A stretch of 25,034 nt of DNA from the IMG/VR virus record IMGVR_UViG_3300038520_000173, positions 1-25,034 of that record, one strand, 5' to 3'. Under the pieces are notes generated by a model that searched no databases, had not been told where the DNA came from, and worked only from the letters and a program-made list of their open reading frames with translations. The stretch is from a virus (taxonomy: Duplodnaviria > Caudoviricetes). Made by a program: the position numbers and the translations under genes. This document shows positions 9,201 to 18,642 of the stretch, piece after piece (position 1 is the first letter of the stretch; every line of letters starts with the position of its first letter).

Positions 9201-9862
9201 CCTCTACAGGAAATTACACTTTTGCTGCAAATGATATTGATTTGGGAGCCGCATTTAAAGTTCATGTAGAACCGCATTTTAAAAAATCAGGATTTAATAC
9301 TGCTACTTTATGGGATTCTTATACAGATAATATGGATACATGGCCTGATATTTTTACAACTTCAACAGTAGTCTTTGATAAAACTCCAGAATTAACATTC
9401 CAAATCGCAAAAAGTACAACAGGTACTGCGAGTACAAGTTTTGAAACCTTCAGCAAGACGGATATAACTGCTAGAATGTTATCTTTTAAAGTTTTAGTTA
9501 ATAATGATAGTTCTTATGAAAATATAGATATTGAAGAATTAGGTGTGAATCTTTTATTTAGACCAAGAACTGAAAGAAGTATTGATAATAGCAGTGCAAC
9601 AAATGGTGTTTTAACAAGTTCAGCAAGTGAGGCGACTACAGTTACATTTAATAAAAAATTCTTTTTAGGAACAAGTGCTGTAGGTGGTGGTACAGAAAAA
9701 TTTAAACCAGTAATAGCTATAAATATTAATAATATGCAGTCTGGTGATTTCTTTACTATTGATAGTGTTACTTCAAGTAATTTTGTTGTTAGTATTAAAA
9801 ATGGTTCTAGTTTCGTGCCAAGGCAATTTACATATAGTGCTTTCGGATATGGTGAAGGGTAG
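6263..9862 (+). CDS. Tail tip / host specificity protein J-like
   Basis: 1199 aa with SAEQFPNIPQRKYFIRGIKVRIP, WTTDPAWILY, LFTNANVIDGIFSYSG and FN3-like segments; follows I. Confidence 0.9.
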   Translation: MAREISNKDFQLSENLPNGFLKAQQFVTLLDLVSDGAEIEGFATPSKNNISIPSSMLRPASATDPEFTSTEERQYIELAQKDIFMDGRAIRTAGGVENIQNTSLAIRVGETDQPIMSGVNELRLAGNLTPGEVKHNNNPEGNKVTGTLDAGTDINNTPRAAIVTLNWASLRQISPDDVTSIALAVNFPPFAGPNNILIRIRLRGAAGGLLANKEYKMNGISVGPFSKDYRIEIPESIYKTASARSLNYPITVEVLRDDLEFRADSAIGKNPFDPNGNNILEEGQKRFTTFSFARLQGVIPSENTNFSETAYIGLRYSAEQFPNIPQRKYFIRGIKVRIPTGVTIDTADTGRIIYPSGYVFAAITGTRNQSAGKFWTTDPAWILYALLTEDYGLNIEDTKIDKASFYAASLYCSAFGNSGKPRYSFNGVIKTRKKALEIIREVAALMRATLYYKNGSLKIALDKPETVVSYLFTNANVIDGIFSYSGTEKDKKFTQVNVSYFNNDIQELDQVSIREETSFQKFGLNQTNIQALYTTDRDQALRFGRSIIYSSTFESEIVSFDCGLEAACILEPFMLIKIADRTRETIRASGRINSVTSSTVLVVDDSTDTSVGIAGDSFLIIDKNGGVQEKTIQTVSGSTITLSSALNPLPQAGTIWAVKTGNVQHRKYRITNIKQKDNFVFSITAVVYDDNKYTYIDNFATSIFGIGREPTTLIDTLPSPEIQELKEELVVVNNRAQSRIVLNFAHVDGARNYQISYKHNSGDPVVQNTSDNQFIIANNQTGTYEFSIRTFNSTILLSESVSTRTINAVGLSAPPANVSNLRFEESKDDLILIWDRATDKDVLFGGKVKIKYALVSDGTATSQNANLLLELDGNSDQAIIKDYQSGEYFVSFIDVVGNESVSATSVVVNRTITSENLVAAQIRENPGFGGGKVNLTVDSTVNGLVLISGTTIDSLTDFNTLALADGTTFANIDAVTSGISSTGNYTFAANDIDLGAAFKVHVEPHFKKSGFNTATLWDSYTDNMDTWPDIFTTSTVVFDKTPELTFQIAKSTTGTASTSFETFSKTDITARMLSFKVLVNNDSSYENIDIEELGVNLLFRPRTERSIDNSSATNGVLTSSASEATTVTFNKKFFLGTSAVGGGTEKFKPVIAININNMQSGDFFTIDSVTSSNFVVSIKNGSSFVPRQFTYSAFGYGEG

Positions 9863-9868
9863 TATAAT
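9863..9868 (+). promoter_or_regulatory. Putative -10 element TATAAT
   Basis: Perfect TATAAT directly after the J stop and 20 nt before ATG 9889. Confidence 0.45.
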
Positions 9869-9888
9869 AGAAAAAAAGTAAAAAGAAA

Positions 9889-11055
9889 ATGGCAAAACCA
9901 GCAGATTTTGTAGTTGATAATGCTTCGGGTTCAGTTGTAAGACAGGATATAAATGATATTTTTGGAGCATTAAGATCTAATAATGGCGAATATACTGGTG
10001 CGCCATCAACTAAATACAAATATATGTGGTATGCAGATGCCTCCGAAGGAAAAATGTCGTTTTATCAAGCCAATGCAAGTGACAAAATAGATTTTATAAG
10101 TCTTACTGACGGTAGTTTTTTTGGGCCTAACGGTACAGCTTCAAACCCTTCATATACTTTTAGTAATTCTACTAATACAGGGTTTTTCAGGTCTGCTGCT
10201 AATGAAATAGGAACATCGTGTAATGCTTTTAATGTTGCTACGTTTAAACAGACAGGTGTTGATGTTGCAGGTGATTTAACTATACAACACCCTACAGGAG
10301 CAAACTCTGATTTAAATATATTAGCAACTGGGGATTCAGACGATGCTGTTATTGATTTAATTGCTGATGGTACATATACAGATTATGGGTTAAGACTTAT
10401 TAGAAAAGATACGGCAAATGCGGGATCACAAATATTACATAGAGGTACAGGAAGTCTTGAATTAAATACAGATGACGTTGCACCAATAGTGTTTACCACA
10501 AATTCCACGGAAAGAGCAAGATTAGATGCAACTGGTATATTTATGGTCGGACAAACAAGTGAATATGATTCTACAGTATATGATACTAATGGCTCAGGTG
10601 TCATTCAATGTGGTGGTTTACATGGTAATAGACCTGGTATAAGTTGCACTCAGAATAGTGCTAGTTCTACAATAGCTATTGGATTTCAAACTACTGCTGC
10701 AGGGCCAGTTGGATCTATATCAACAGCTGGTTCGGCAACTTCTTTTAATGCAGCACCTTCAGATAGAACTTTAAAACAAAATTTTGAAGATTGGAATGAA
10801 GAAGTTTTAACACTATTTAAAAATATAAATCCGCAAAAATTTAATTTTATTAGTGATACTGCGGGTACAGAAAAAACAAAAGGATTTATTGCACAAGATA
10901 TGGTAAGCAGCTTTCCAGAAGCCTATCCAAAACTGTCAGGCAAGTATATGTTTAATCCTTCAGGAATGGTTACATATTTAATGAAAGGATTACAAGAAGC
11001 AGTTGCTAAGATAGAAACATTAGAAGCTAAAGTGGCTGTACTTGAAGGTAGCTAA
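9889..11055 (+). CDS. Tail spike/fibre protein with C-terminal S74-type intramolecular chaperone
   Basis: SDRTLKQNF autocleavage motif, INPQKFNF, GFIAQD and a terminal coiled coil (LQEAVAKIETLEAKVAVLE). Confidence 0.85.
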   Translation: MAKPADFVVDNASGSVVRQDINDIFGALRSNNGEYTGAPSTKYKYMWYADASEGKMSFYQANASDKIDFISLTDGSFFGPNGTASNPSYTFSNSTNTGFFRSAANEIGTSCNAFNVATFKQTGVDVAGDLTIQHPTGANSDLNILATGDSDDAVIDLIADGTYTDYGLRLIRKDTANAGSQILHRGTGSLELNTDDVAPIVFTTNSTERARLDATGIFMVGQTSEYDSTVYDTNGSGVIQCGGLHGNRPGISCTQNSASSTIAIGFQTTAAGPVGSISTAGSATSFNAAPSDRTLKQNFEDWNEEVLTLFKNINPQKFNFISDTAGTEKTKGFIAQDMVSSFPEAYPKLSGKYMFNPSGMVTYLMKGLQEAVAKIETLEAKVAVLEGS

Positions 11056-11396
11056 TGGCTGTTATTCCTGGAAAAAAGAATTTTACTGTTCAACGAAGAG
11101 CAGATTTTCCTTTACGTTTAAGCTTTAAAGATTCTACTGGCTCCGCTATTAATCTTACGGGATTTACAGTAGCAGCACAGGTTTATGATGATTCACGAAC
11201 CACAAAATATGCTGATTTTACAGTGACCTATACAAATAGAGCAGGAGGAATTGTTGATATTTCTCTTTCTGATACTGATACTGCAAATTTTACGCCTGAA
11301 ATTTTAAAATATGATGTATTACTAACAGATGGATCAGGCAACAAAGAATATTATTTAGAAGGTACACTATTTATAAGTGAAGGTTACACAGCATGA
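11055..11396 (+). CDS. Fibre-attachment/baseplate adaptor protein (BppU N-terminal-like)
   Basis: AINLTGFTVAAQV, ISLSDTDT, YDVLLTD and LEGTLFISEG; directly precedes the long fibre. Confidence 0.6.
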   Translation: MAVIPGKKNFTVQRRADFPLRLSFKDSTGSAINLTGFTVAAQVYDDSRTTKYADFTVTYTNRAGGIVDISLSDTDTANFTPEILKYDVLLTDGSGNKEYYLEGTLFISEGYTA

Positions 11397-14300
11397 GCAA
11401 TCCTAATCAAGTTGTCGTTAGTCAGGTAAATGACGTTACTACTGTTGAGATCACAACAGCAGGACCACAAGGAGCAACAGGACCACAAGGCCCAACAGGT
11501 TCAACTACATTTAGTGCTTTAACAGATACACCTGCTAATCTTGTTGCAAATAAATTTTTGAAAGTTAATAGTTCTGCTAATGCTATTGAATACGCAGATG
11601 AATCAAGTGTTACTAATCTAAGTTATACACCTAGCACAAGAGTTTTAGCTTCTAGTAGTGGAGATAATGCAACTTTACCATTAGTAGATACAACTAATGC
11701 AGGTTTACTATCTGCTAGTGATAAATCAAAACTTGATGGAATTGAGACAAGTGCTACTGCTGATCAGACAGATAGTGAAATTAAAACTGCATATGAGAAT
11801 AACAGTAATACAAACGCTTATACAGATGCAGAAAAAACAAAATTAACTGGTATAGAAAGTAATGCAACTGCTGACCAAACAGATGCAGAAATAAGGGCTG
11901 CTGTTGAGGCTGCAACAGATTCAAATGTATTTACAGACGCAGACCATACAAAACTAAATGGAATAGAGGCAGGAGCTACCGCAGATCAAACTAACGCTGA
12001 AATAAAAACAGCTTACGAGGCAAATTCAGATACTAACGCATTTACTGACGCAGACCACAGCAAGTTAGACGGTATAGAAGCTAGTGCTGATGTCACTGAC
12101 GCAACAAATGTAGACGCTGCTGGTGCGGTAATGAATACAGATAGTACAACTGCCTCAATGAGTTTTGTTGTTGATGAAGATAATATGTCATCAGATAGTG
12201 CAACTAAAGTACCAACACAACAATCAGTTAAAGCTTATGTAGATACTGAAGTAACTAATATGGTTACTACAACTGGATCGCAAACGCTTACAAATAAATC
12301 AATAGATTTAGATAATAATACTATTACAAATATTGAAGTAGATAATCTTAAATCTGGAGTTTTAGATACTGACCTTAATAGTGTTTCTTCTTCTGATGAT
12401 ACACTTGCATCTGCTAAAGCTATAAAAAGTTACGTTGATGCAAATAGTAGTGATACAACTTATACGGCTGGAACGGGTTTAAGTTTATCTGGTACTACTT
12501 TTAATGTAGATCAAATAGCTTTGACTACTGTACAGACAGCAGCAAATGAATCTGCACATTTAGCACTTACAACCCAAGAAGGCGATATTGTTGTCAGATC
12601 AGATCAAAATAAGTCTTATGTAAGAAATAGTGGAACTGCTGGCACAATGGCAGATTTTACGGAACTTTTAACACCTACAGATCAAGTTTTATCAGTTAAT
12701 GGTAATACAGGAGCTATAACGGCTGCACAAATAGCAGCAGCAGTAGAAGCAGCTACTGATTCTAATACTTTTACTGATGCAGATCATACTAAATTGAATG
12801 GTATAGAAGCTTCAGCTACTGCAGACCAAACAGCTAGTGAAATAAAAACTCTTTTACAATCTAATAAATTAACAGTCTCCGAAATAGCTGATGATGCGAT
12901 AACTGCTGACAAACTAGCAAACTCTATTAATAGCGAAATAGCAGCAAATACAGCTAAAGTTACTAACGCAACTCATACAGGTGATGTCACTGGTTCTACT
13001 GCTTTAACTATTGCAGATGACGCTGTAACTTATGCCAAGATGCAAAACGTATCAGCAACAGACAGAGTTTTAGGTAGAGATTCTAGTGGTGCAGGGGTTG
13101 TAGAAGAGATAACACCAGCAAATTTACGCACCATGATAAATGTAGAAGATGGTGCGACTGCTGATCAGACGGCAGCAGAAATAAGAAGTTTAGTCGATTC
13201 TGCATCAGATTCAAATGTATTTACAGATGCTGATCATTCAAAATTAAATGGTATTGAAGCTACTGCTGATGTTACAGACGCAACTAACGTAGATGCAGCA
13301 GGGGCTGTTATGAACAGCGACCTTGATGGTAAAGGTGAACTACTTGTTGGAGATGGATCAGGAGACCCTACTGCCTTGCCTGTTGGTACTAATGGTTATG
13401 TTCTAAAGGCTAATAGCAGCACTGCAACTGGTCTTGAATGGTCTGCTGCTGGTAGTGGTGGGGACACAAATCAAAATGCTTTTTCTAATGTTGCAGTATC
13501 TGGTCAAGATACACTAGCTGCCGATAGTACCACTGATACTTTAAATATCGCTGCTGGAAGTAATGTCACTATTACAACTAATGCTAGTAATGATACTGTC
13601 ACCATTGCTTCTACAGACACAAACACAACTTATTCTGTTGGAGATGGTGGTCTTACACAAAACAATTTTACTGATGCGTTAAAGACAAAACTTGATGGTA
13701 TAGAGGCATCAGCCACCGCAGATCAGACTGCAAGTGAAATAGTTGCATTAGTAGCAGATCAAACTATTGCTCCGAATACTATTCAAATGGCTGATAGTGA
13801 AAAAATTGAATTGGGAGATTCGCAAGATTTTAAAATATTTCATGACGGATTTAACGCTTTTGTTCAAGACACTGGCACTGGACAATTACGGCTACACACA
13901 AGTGAGTTAAACGTAGTAACACCATATCAAAATAGTATGATTAGAGCTACCCCTGCGGGCAGTATAAAGCTATATCATGCTGCTAATAATACCACCAATG
14001 AATCTGATACAGATGAGGCGGCTAGAATAAAATTAGAAACATCAAGCACTGGAATTACAGTTTCTGGAAGTTTAACAGCAGATTCTAGTAGCTCAAATGC
14101 TGCAATAATCGCAAAAGGTGATGGTAGTTCTCAAGATGGTTATATACAGCTTAATTGTTCTCAAAATAGTCATGGGGTAAAAATTGCATCCCCACCTCAT
14201 AGTGCAAATGCTAGTTATACTCTTACTCTTCCTAATACAGACGGTAATGCTGATCAGGTATTAAAAACTGATGGATCAGGTGGTCTTGATTGGGTAGATC

Positions 14301-17293
14301 AATCTGGGGGTGGTTTAAATTCTGACGCAAAAGAGAATACACTTGCGGGAACAAGTGCAGGTAGCTCTGTAAGTACTTCGGCTATAGGATATAATTCCTT
14401 CTTTGGTTATCAAGCTGGTAAAGATTATGCTGGTACGAGATCAACGGCAGTAGGACATAATGCTTTAAAAACTAACTACAACGGTGGGAATAATACAGCA
14501 ATTGGAACTAGTGCTCTTGAAGTGGCAACAGGTAGTCAAAATACTGCTGTAGGAGCTAATGTGGCACTTAGTACAACTTCTGGAGGTAGTAATACTTACG
14601 TTGGATCTGCGTGCGCTTATAACAGTACAACAGCAAGTGATAATACTAGTGTAGGGATGCTTGCGTTCTATGCAAACACCACAGGAAGTGGCAATGCAAC
14701 TATTGGCAAGCAAGCTGGTAGAGATATAACCACGGGTAGCGATAACACTTTAGTTGGAACTGATGCTGGTAATTCAGGAACAAACGATCTTACTACTGGT
14801 TCAAATAATATTCTTATTGGACACGACGCAGCAGCAAGCTCCGCAACTGTATCAAATGAAGTGACTATAGGTGATGCTAATATCGACAAATTTAGAATAC
14901 CTGGCATTGATTTTATTCTTAAAGACAACGGTGGAACTCCTACTGAAGGACACGTTTTAACAGTTGATGCCAACGGGGAAGCTGGTTTTGCTGCTGCATC
15001 AGGCGGTGGTGGTGGATTAACTTCTGACTCTGATAAAAATACTGTAGGTGGTACAAACGCTGGAGATGCTATTACTGCTGGTCAAGGTGTTAATAACACT
15101 TTAATCGGATACGATGCTGGTACATCAATAACTACTGGAGATCATTCAACTGCACTAGGAAAAGATGCTTTAAAGTCAGTCACTACAGCGTATGGAAATA
15201 TGGGAATTGGGAGAAGTGCAGGTGATTCTTTGACTACAGGGGGACAAAATACGATTGTGGGATTGAATGCTGGTCATAGTTTGACTACCCAAAGTAAAAA
15301 TGTTTGCATGGGTGAAGACGCAATGGCTCAAACAAAAGGTGAAAATAACACCTCAGTTGGTTATCAATCTATGGGTTTGGCGTATTTTGGAGATTTTAAT
15401 ACAGCATTGGGATCTCACGCTTTAAGAGCAGTTGGTGGCACTAGTGATGGTTCTGGTGGTGACTATAACGTAGCAATAGGTTATCAAGCTGGTGATGCTT
15501 TAGAAACAGGAAATAACAATATAATTATTGGTTATAATGCTGCTGCTACAAGTGATTCAACTAGCAATGAGATCACGTTAGGTAACACAGATATTACCAA
15601 GTTTAGAATACCAGGAATTGATGTAGTTCTTAAAGATAATGGTGGAACTCCTACTGAAGGTCATGTCTTGACAGTAGATTCAAATGGTGAAGCTGGATTC
15701 GCAGCAGCCAGTGGTGGGGGTGTTACTGTGCAAGAAGAAGGTTCATCATTATCAACTTCAGGAAGTACATTAAATTTTGTTGGTAATCTTATAACTGCTT
15801 CTGGTTCAGGAGATACCAAAACCATTACGGTTGCAGGCGATTGGGACGTTTCAAAAGCCACTACCAATAATAATAAGGCTACAGTAGCTGGTTATCAAGC
15901 TGGTAGCTCTTTAAGTGAAGGATCTACAAGTAATGTCGATCACGGTGAATATGTGACTTTGTATGGACATCAAGCTGGAAAACAAATCACTTCTGCACAT
16001 AATTTAACTGCTATTGGTTATTGTTTAAAAAGTGTTACTACTGGAACTGGAAACTCTGGGCTTGGTGCTTATTGTTTAACAAGTTGCACTACAGGTGGAT
16101 ACAATACTGGAATAGGTGCTGGAGCTTTAGAACAAGTTACTTCTTCTTCCAATAATGTAGGGGTTGGACATCAGGCTGGCGCAGCTGTCACTACAGGTTC
16201 TAATAATATTTTTCTAGGAGAAGGGGCTGGTTTTACAGGAACAAACAATCTTACTACAGGATCAAATAATATTCTTATAGGATATGATGCAGTAGCTAGT
16301 TCAGCAACAGTTTCTAATGAAGTAACGATTGGTAATAGTTCTACCTCTAAGTTTAGAGTTCCTGGTATTAATGTAGTCTTAAAAGACAATGGCGGGACAC
16401 CAACTAATGGTCACGTTCTTACCGTAGACGCTAATGGAGAAGCTGGTTTTGCAGCAGCCAGTAGTGGTGGTTTAAGTTCTGATTCTGACAATAATACTAT
16501 TGGAGGTACTAATGCTGGTGATGCTATTACTTCTGGCCAAGGCACTCATAATACCTTAATTGGGTATAACGCTGGTACAGATTTAACTACAGCAGATGGA
16601 ATAACGGCTTTTGGTTCTGAAGCTGCTGCAAATGTAACTACGGGTTCTAGCGTTACAGCGATTGGATTTGAGGCTTGTAAAGCTACAAAGGATTCTTATG
16701 AAAATACAGGTATAGGTTATAACGCATTAAAATCTGCTGATAATGCTGGTGGAGAACATACATTTTATGGATCACTGAATGTAGCTGTTGGTGCGTATGC
16801 TCTAGAGGATGTTACTGTGGGGCGTGGAAACACTGGAATAGGAACAGATGCTTTAAAGGCTGCTACGACACCAAATTATAATACTGCGGTTGGACATATA
16901 GCCATGGCAGCTAACACTACAGGTGGGGAAAATACCTGTGTAGGTGCAGAAGCTGGTCAATATATCAGTACCGGGCAACAAAATACTATGATCGGATATA
17001 GAGCTTTATTTGCAGTATCGGGTACATATTTGACTGGCGATAATAATACCTGTTTAGGTTATAAAGCAAAACCTAGTGCAGGAAACGTTTCAAACGAAGT
17101 CACAATTGGTAACACAGATGTAACTAAATTTAGAATACCTGGACTTAATAGTTTTGAGATAAATGATAGTGGTCAGTTTTCTGGTGTCGCTTCGACTGCT
17201 TCTGGTACGGCTGGCGTGAGAGTGATTTATGCCTCTACATCCGCACCTTCTGGTGGTGCAGATGGCGATATTTGGATTAAATACACTGCTTAA
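11393..17293 (+). CDS. Long modular tail fibre / adhesin-like protein (1966 aa)
   Basis: Short collagen-like GPQGATGPQGPTG, 37-aa repeats, four modules of N-T-A-[IV]-G repeats resembling trimeric autotransporter heads, and a C-terminal GDIW motif. Confidence 0.85.
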   Translation: MSNPNQVVVSQVNDVTTVEITTAGPQGATGPQGPTGSTTFSALTDTPANLVANKFLKVNSSANAIEYADESSVTNLSYTPSTRVLASSSGDNATLPLVDTTNAGLLSASDKSKLDGIETSATADQTDSEIKTAYENNSNTNAYTDAEKTKLTGIESNATADQTDAEIRAAVEAATDSNVFTDADHTKLNGIEAGATADQTNAEIKTAYEANSDTNAFTDADHSKLDGIEASADVTDATNVDAAGAVMNTDSTTASMSFVVDEDNMSSDSATKVPTQQSVKAYVDTEVTNMVTTTGSQTLTNKSIDLDNNTITNIEVDNLKSGVLDTDLNSVSSSDDTLASAKAIKSYVDANSSDTTYTAGTGLSLSGTTFNVDQIALTTVQTAANESAHLALTTQEGDIVVRSDQNKSYVRNSGTAGTMADFTELLTPTDQVLSVNGNTGAITAAQIAAAVEAATDSNTFTDADHTKLNGIEASATADQTASEIKTLLQSNKLTVSEIADDAITADKLANSINSEIAANTAKVTNATHTGDVTGSTALTIADDAVTYAKMQNVSATDRVLGRDSSGAGVVEEITPANLRTMINVEDGATADQTAAEIRSLVDSASDSNVFTDADHSKLNGIEATADVTDATNVDAAGAVMNSDLDGKGELLVGDGSGDPTALPVGTNGYVLKANSSTATGLEWSAAGSGGDTNQNAFSNVAVSGQDTLAADSTTDTLNIAAGSNVTITTNASNDTVTIASTDTNTTYSVGDGGLTQNNFTDALKTKLDGIEASATADQTASEIVALVADQTIAPNTIQMADSEKIELGDSQDFKIFHDGFNAFVQDTGTGQLRLHTSELNVVTPYQNSMIRATPAGSIKLYHAANNTTNESDTDEAARIKLETSSTGITVSGSLTADSSSSNAAIIAKGDGSSQDGYIQLNCSQNSHGVKIASPPHSANASYTLTLPNTDGNADQVLKTDGSGGLDWVDQSGGGLNSDAKENTLAGTSAGSSVSTSAIGYNSFFGYQAGKDYAGTRSTAVGHNALKTNYNGGNNTAIGTSALEVATGSQNTAVGANVALSTTSGGSNTYVGSACAYNSTTASDNTSVGMLAFYANTTGSGNATIGKQAGRDITTGSDNTLVGTDAGNSGTNDLTTGSNNILIGHDAAASSATVSNEVTIGDANIDKFRIPGIDFILKDNGGTPTEGHVLTVDANGEAGFAAASGGGGGLTSDSDKNTVGGTNAGDAITAGQGVNNTLIGYDAGTSITTGDHSTALGKDALKSVTTAYGNMGIGRSAGDSLTTGGQNTIVGLNAGHSLTTQSKNVCMGEDAMAQTKGENNTSVGYQSMGLAYFGDFNTALGSHALRAVGGTSDGSGGDYNVAIGYQAGDALETGNNNIIIGYNAAATSDSTSNEITLGNTDITKFRIPGIDVVLKDNGGTPTEGHVLTVDSNGEAGFAAASGGGVTVQEEGSSLSTSGSTLNFVGNLITASGSGDTKTITVAGDWDVSKATTNNNKATVAGYQAGSSLSEGSTSNVDHGEYVTLYGHQAGKQITSAHNLTAIGYCLKSVTTGTGNSGLGAYCLTSCTTGGYNTGIGAGALEQVTSSSNNVGVGHQAGAAVTTGSNNIFLGEGAGFTGTNNLTTGSNNILIGYDAVASSATVSNEVTIGNSSTSKFRVPGINVVLKDNGGTPTNGHVLTVDANGEAGFAAASSGGLSSDSDNNTIGGTNAGDAITSGQGTHNTLIGYNAGTDLTTADGITAFGSEAAANVTTGSSVTAIGFEACKATKDSYENTGIGYNALKSADNAGGEHTFYGSLNVAVGAYALEDVTVGRGNTGIGTDALKAATTPNYNTAVGHIAMAANTTGGENTCVGAEAGQYISTGQQNTMIGYRALFAVSGTYLTGDNNTCLGYKAKPSAGNVSNEVTIGNTDVTKFRIPGLNSFEINDSGQFSGVASTASGTAGVRVIYASTSAPSGGADGDIWIKYTA
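11729..12090 (+). repeat. 111-nt (37-aa) degenerate tandem coding repeat
   Basis: KLxGIE starts at 11729, 11840, 11951 and 12062 (exact 111-nt period), with dispersed copies at 12791, 13241 and 13688. Confidence 0.9.
14855..17145 (+). repeat. Dispersed coding repeat: conserved linker between fibre modules
   Basis: NE[VI]T[IL]G...KFR[IV]PG at 14855, 15566, 16316 and 17093; LKDNGGTPTxGHVLTVDxNGEAGFAAAS at 14918, 15629 and 16379. Confidence 0.9.
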
Positions 17294-17296
17294 ATT

Positions 17297-18139
17297 ATGT
17301 CTGAACTTTATGTAAACGTTAGCGGTACTTGGAAAACAGCAAGTAATTATTACGTTAATGTCAATGGCACATGGAAAGAAGGTAGTGAACTACACGCAAA
17401 AGTATCTTCTGATTGGAAGCAATCAGGTGGTACGGCAAGTCTTATTACAACTAACCTTGTTCTACATTTAGACGCTAGTAACAGTAGTTCTTATTCAGGC
17501 AGTGGTACAACTTGGAGTGATTTAAGTGGCGATGGAAATGATTTAACTCTTACAAATGGTCCAACTTTCACGAGTGATAACGGTGGAGCTATAGTATTTG
17601 ACGGCACAAATGATTATGCTGCATCTCCTTTAAATCAATCATTTTTCCAATTCGGAACGGGTGATTATACCCTTGGTATCTGGGTAAAATTTGACAGTGT
17701 AAGTAACTTCGAAGGGTTTTTATCATGTGGCCCTGGTAATACAAGTGGTGCTTGGCAATTCGGTCATTCTGGTACTAAATTTAGATACAGGTTAGGAACA
17801 GGAGGTACTAACATTGACTGTACAGCTACGCAAACTCGAAATTTAGATCAGTGGTATTACATTGTTGTAGTAAATGATAGATCAGAAAATGAATGTAAGT
17901 TGTATGTTGATGGCAGTATAGATAAGACTTCAGGTACTAATTCAACTTGGGGTTCAAGTAATGTTGGGGTTTTTACTGCTACAGATGTTAAAAATTGTTT
18001 TAATGTAGGTAGAAATAGAAACCAAAATTTATTTCTAGATGGTGCAGTTGCACAAGTCCATGTTTATAAAGGGAAAGCATTGACAGCTAGTGAAGTATTA
18101 ACTAATTACAACGCTACTAAAGCCAATTATCATGATTAA
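17297..18139 (+). CDS. LamG/concanavalin A-like lectin domain virion protein
   Basis: LVLHLDASNSSSYSGSGTTWSDLSG, FDGTNDY, QWYYIVVV, LYVDG and ALTASEVLTNYN; N-terminal YVNVxGTWK repeats. Confidence 0.85.
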   Translation: MSELYVNVSGTWKTASNYYVNVNGTWKEGSELHAKVSSDWKQSGGTASLITTNLVLHLDASNSSSYSGSGTTWSDLSGDGNDLTLTNGPTFTSDNGGAIVFDGTNDYAASPLNQSFFQFGTGDYTLGIWVKFDSVSNFEGFLSCGPGNTSGAWQFGHSGTKFRYRLGTGGTNIDCTATQTRNLDQWYYIVVVNDRSENECKLYVDGSIDKTSGTNSTWGSSNVGVFTATDVKNCFNVGRNRNQNLFLDGAVAQVHVYKGKALTASEVLTNYNATKANYHD

Positions 18140-18141
18140 TT

Positions 18142-18387
18142 ATGTCACGAAATTATTTAATTATTCAGTCCTCTGAACTTGATAAAATAAACTTTTCACA
18201 AATCTTAGAAACTTCTGCTGATACTCTTAGAAAATCAGTTGATAATACAAAAACATTTATAAAATGGGACGGTGATACGCCTCCAGACTGTGTTAGTAAT
18301 TTAACAGGAACAGAGGGGCCATATACGAAAGATCAAATTAGGACTATACTAAATACAGATGTTTGGACTTCTGAAGAAGAAATTTAA
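18142..18387 (+). CDS. Hypothetical fibre-associated protein
   Basis: 81 aa with ETSADTLRKSVD...FIKW...PYT...W; tightly packed after the LamG gene. Confidence 0.7.
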   Translation: MSRNYLIIQSSELDKINFSQILETSADTLRKSVDNTKTFIKWDGDTPPDCVSNLTGTEGPYTKDQIRTILNTDVWTSEEEI

Positions 18388-18390
18388 CCT

Positions 18391-18639
18391 ATGGCTGAAC
18401 GCACTGCTGAAGAAATTGCAACTATCTTTGCTAATGCTGGAGATAGCGTAACTGTAATTAACACCCTTGCTGCTTTATCTTCTTTAACAGATGAGCAAAA
18501 AGAAGAAATAGATAGAAATGTAAGACACCTTGAAATTATCAAGGCTTACAAAAAAGAAGATGGTACTACTAGTATTTGGACAACTGAAGACTTCACAGCA
18601 CAAGATGCTGCTGTTACACTAGGAAAAACAAAGATTTAA
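18391..18639 (+). CDS. Hypothetical protein, possible tail fibre assembly chaperone
   Basis: 82 aa with DSVTVIN, IDRNVRHLEII and WTTEDFT; downstream of the fibre genes. The function is inferred from position. Confidence 0.65.
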   Translation: MAERTAEEIATIFANAGDSVTVINTLAALSSLTDEQKEEIDRNVRHLEIIKAYKKEDGTTSIWTTEDFTAQDAAVTLGKTKI

Positions 18640-18642
18640 TTT

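Noticed and set aside
3125-16389. Minus-strand ORFs in the track that lie inside the structural operon (e.g. 3125-3397, 6598-6846, 14668-14973)
   Set aside because: They are antisense shadows of long, well-supported plus-strand genes and have no motifs of their own.
11729-17145. CRISPR array or DGR template/variable repeat pair
   Set aside because: The repeats are in-frame coding units differing mostly at synonymous positions, with no evident adenine-specific pattern. No reverse transcriptase or cas gene is in the window.
11393-17293. HxH iron-binding motifs in the fibre
   Set aside because: I found no HxH motifs; the His residues are isolated.
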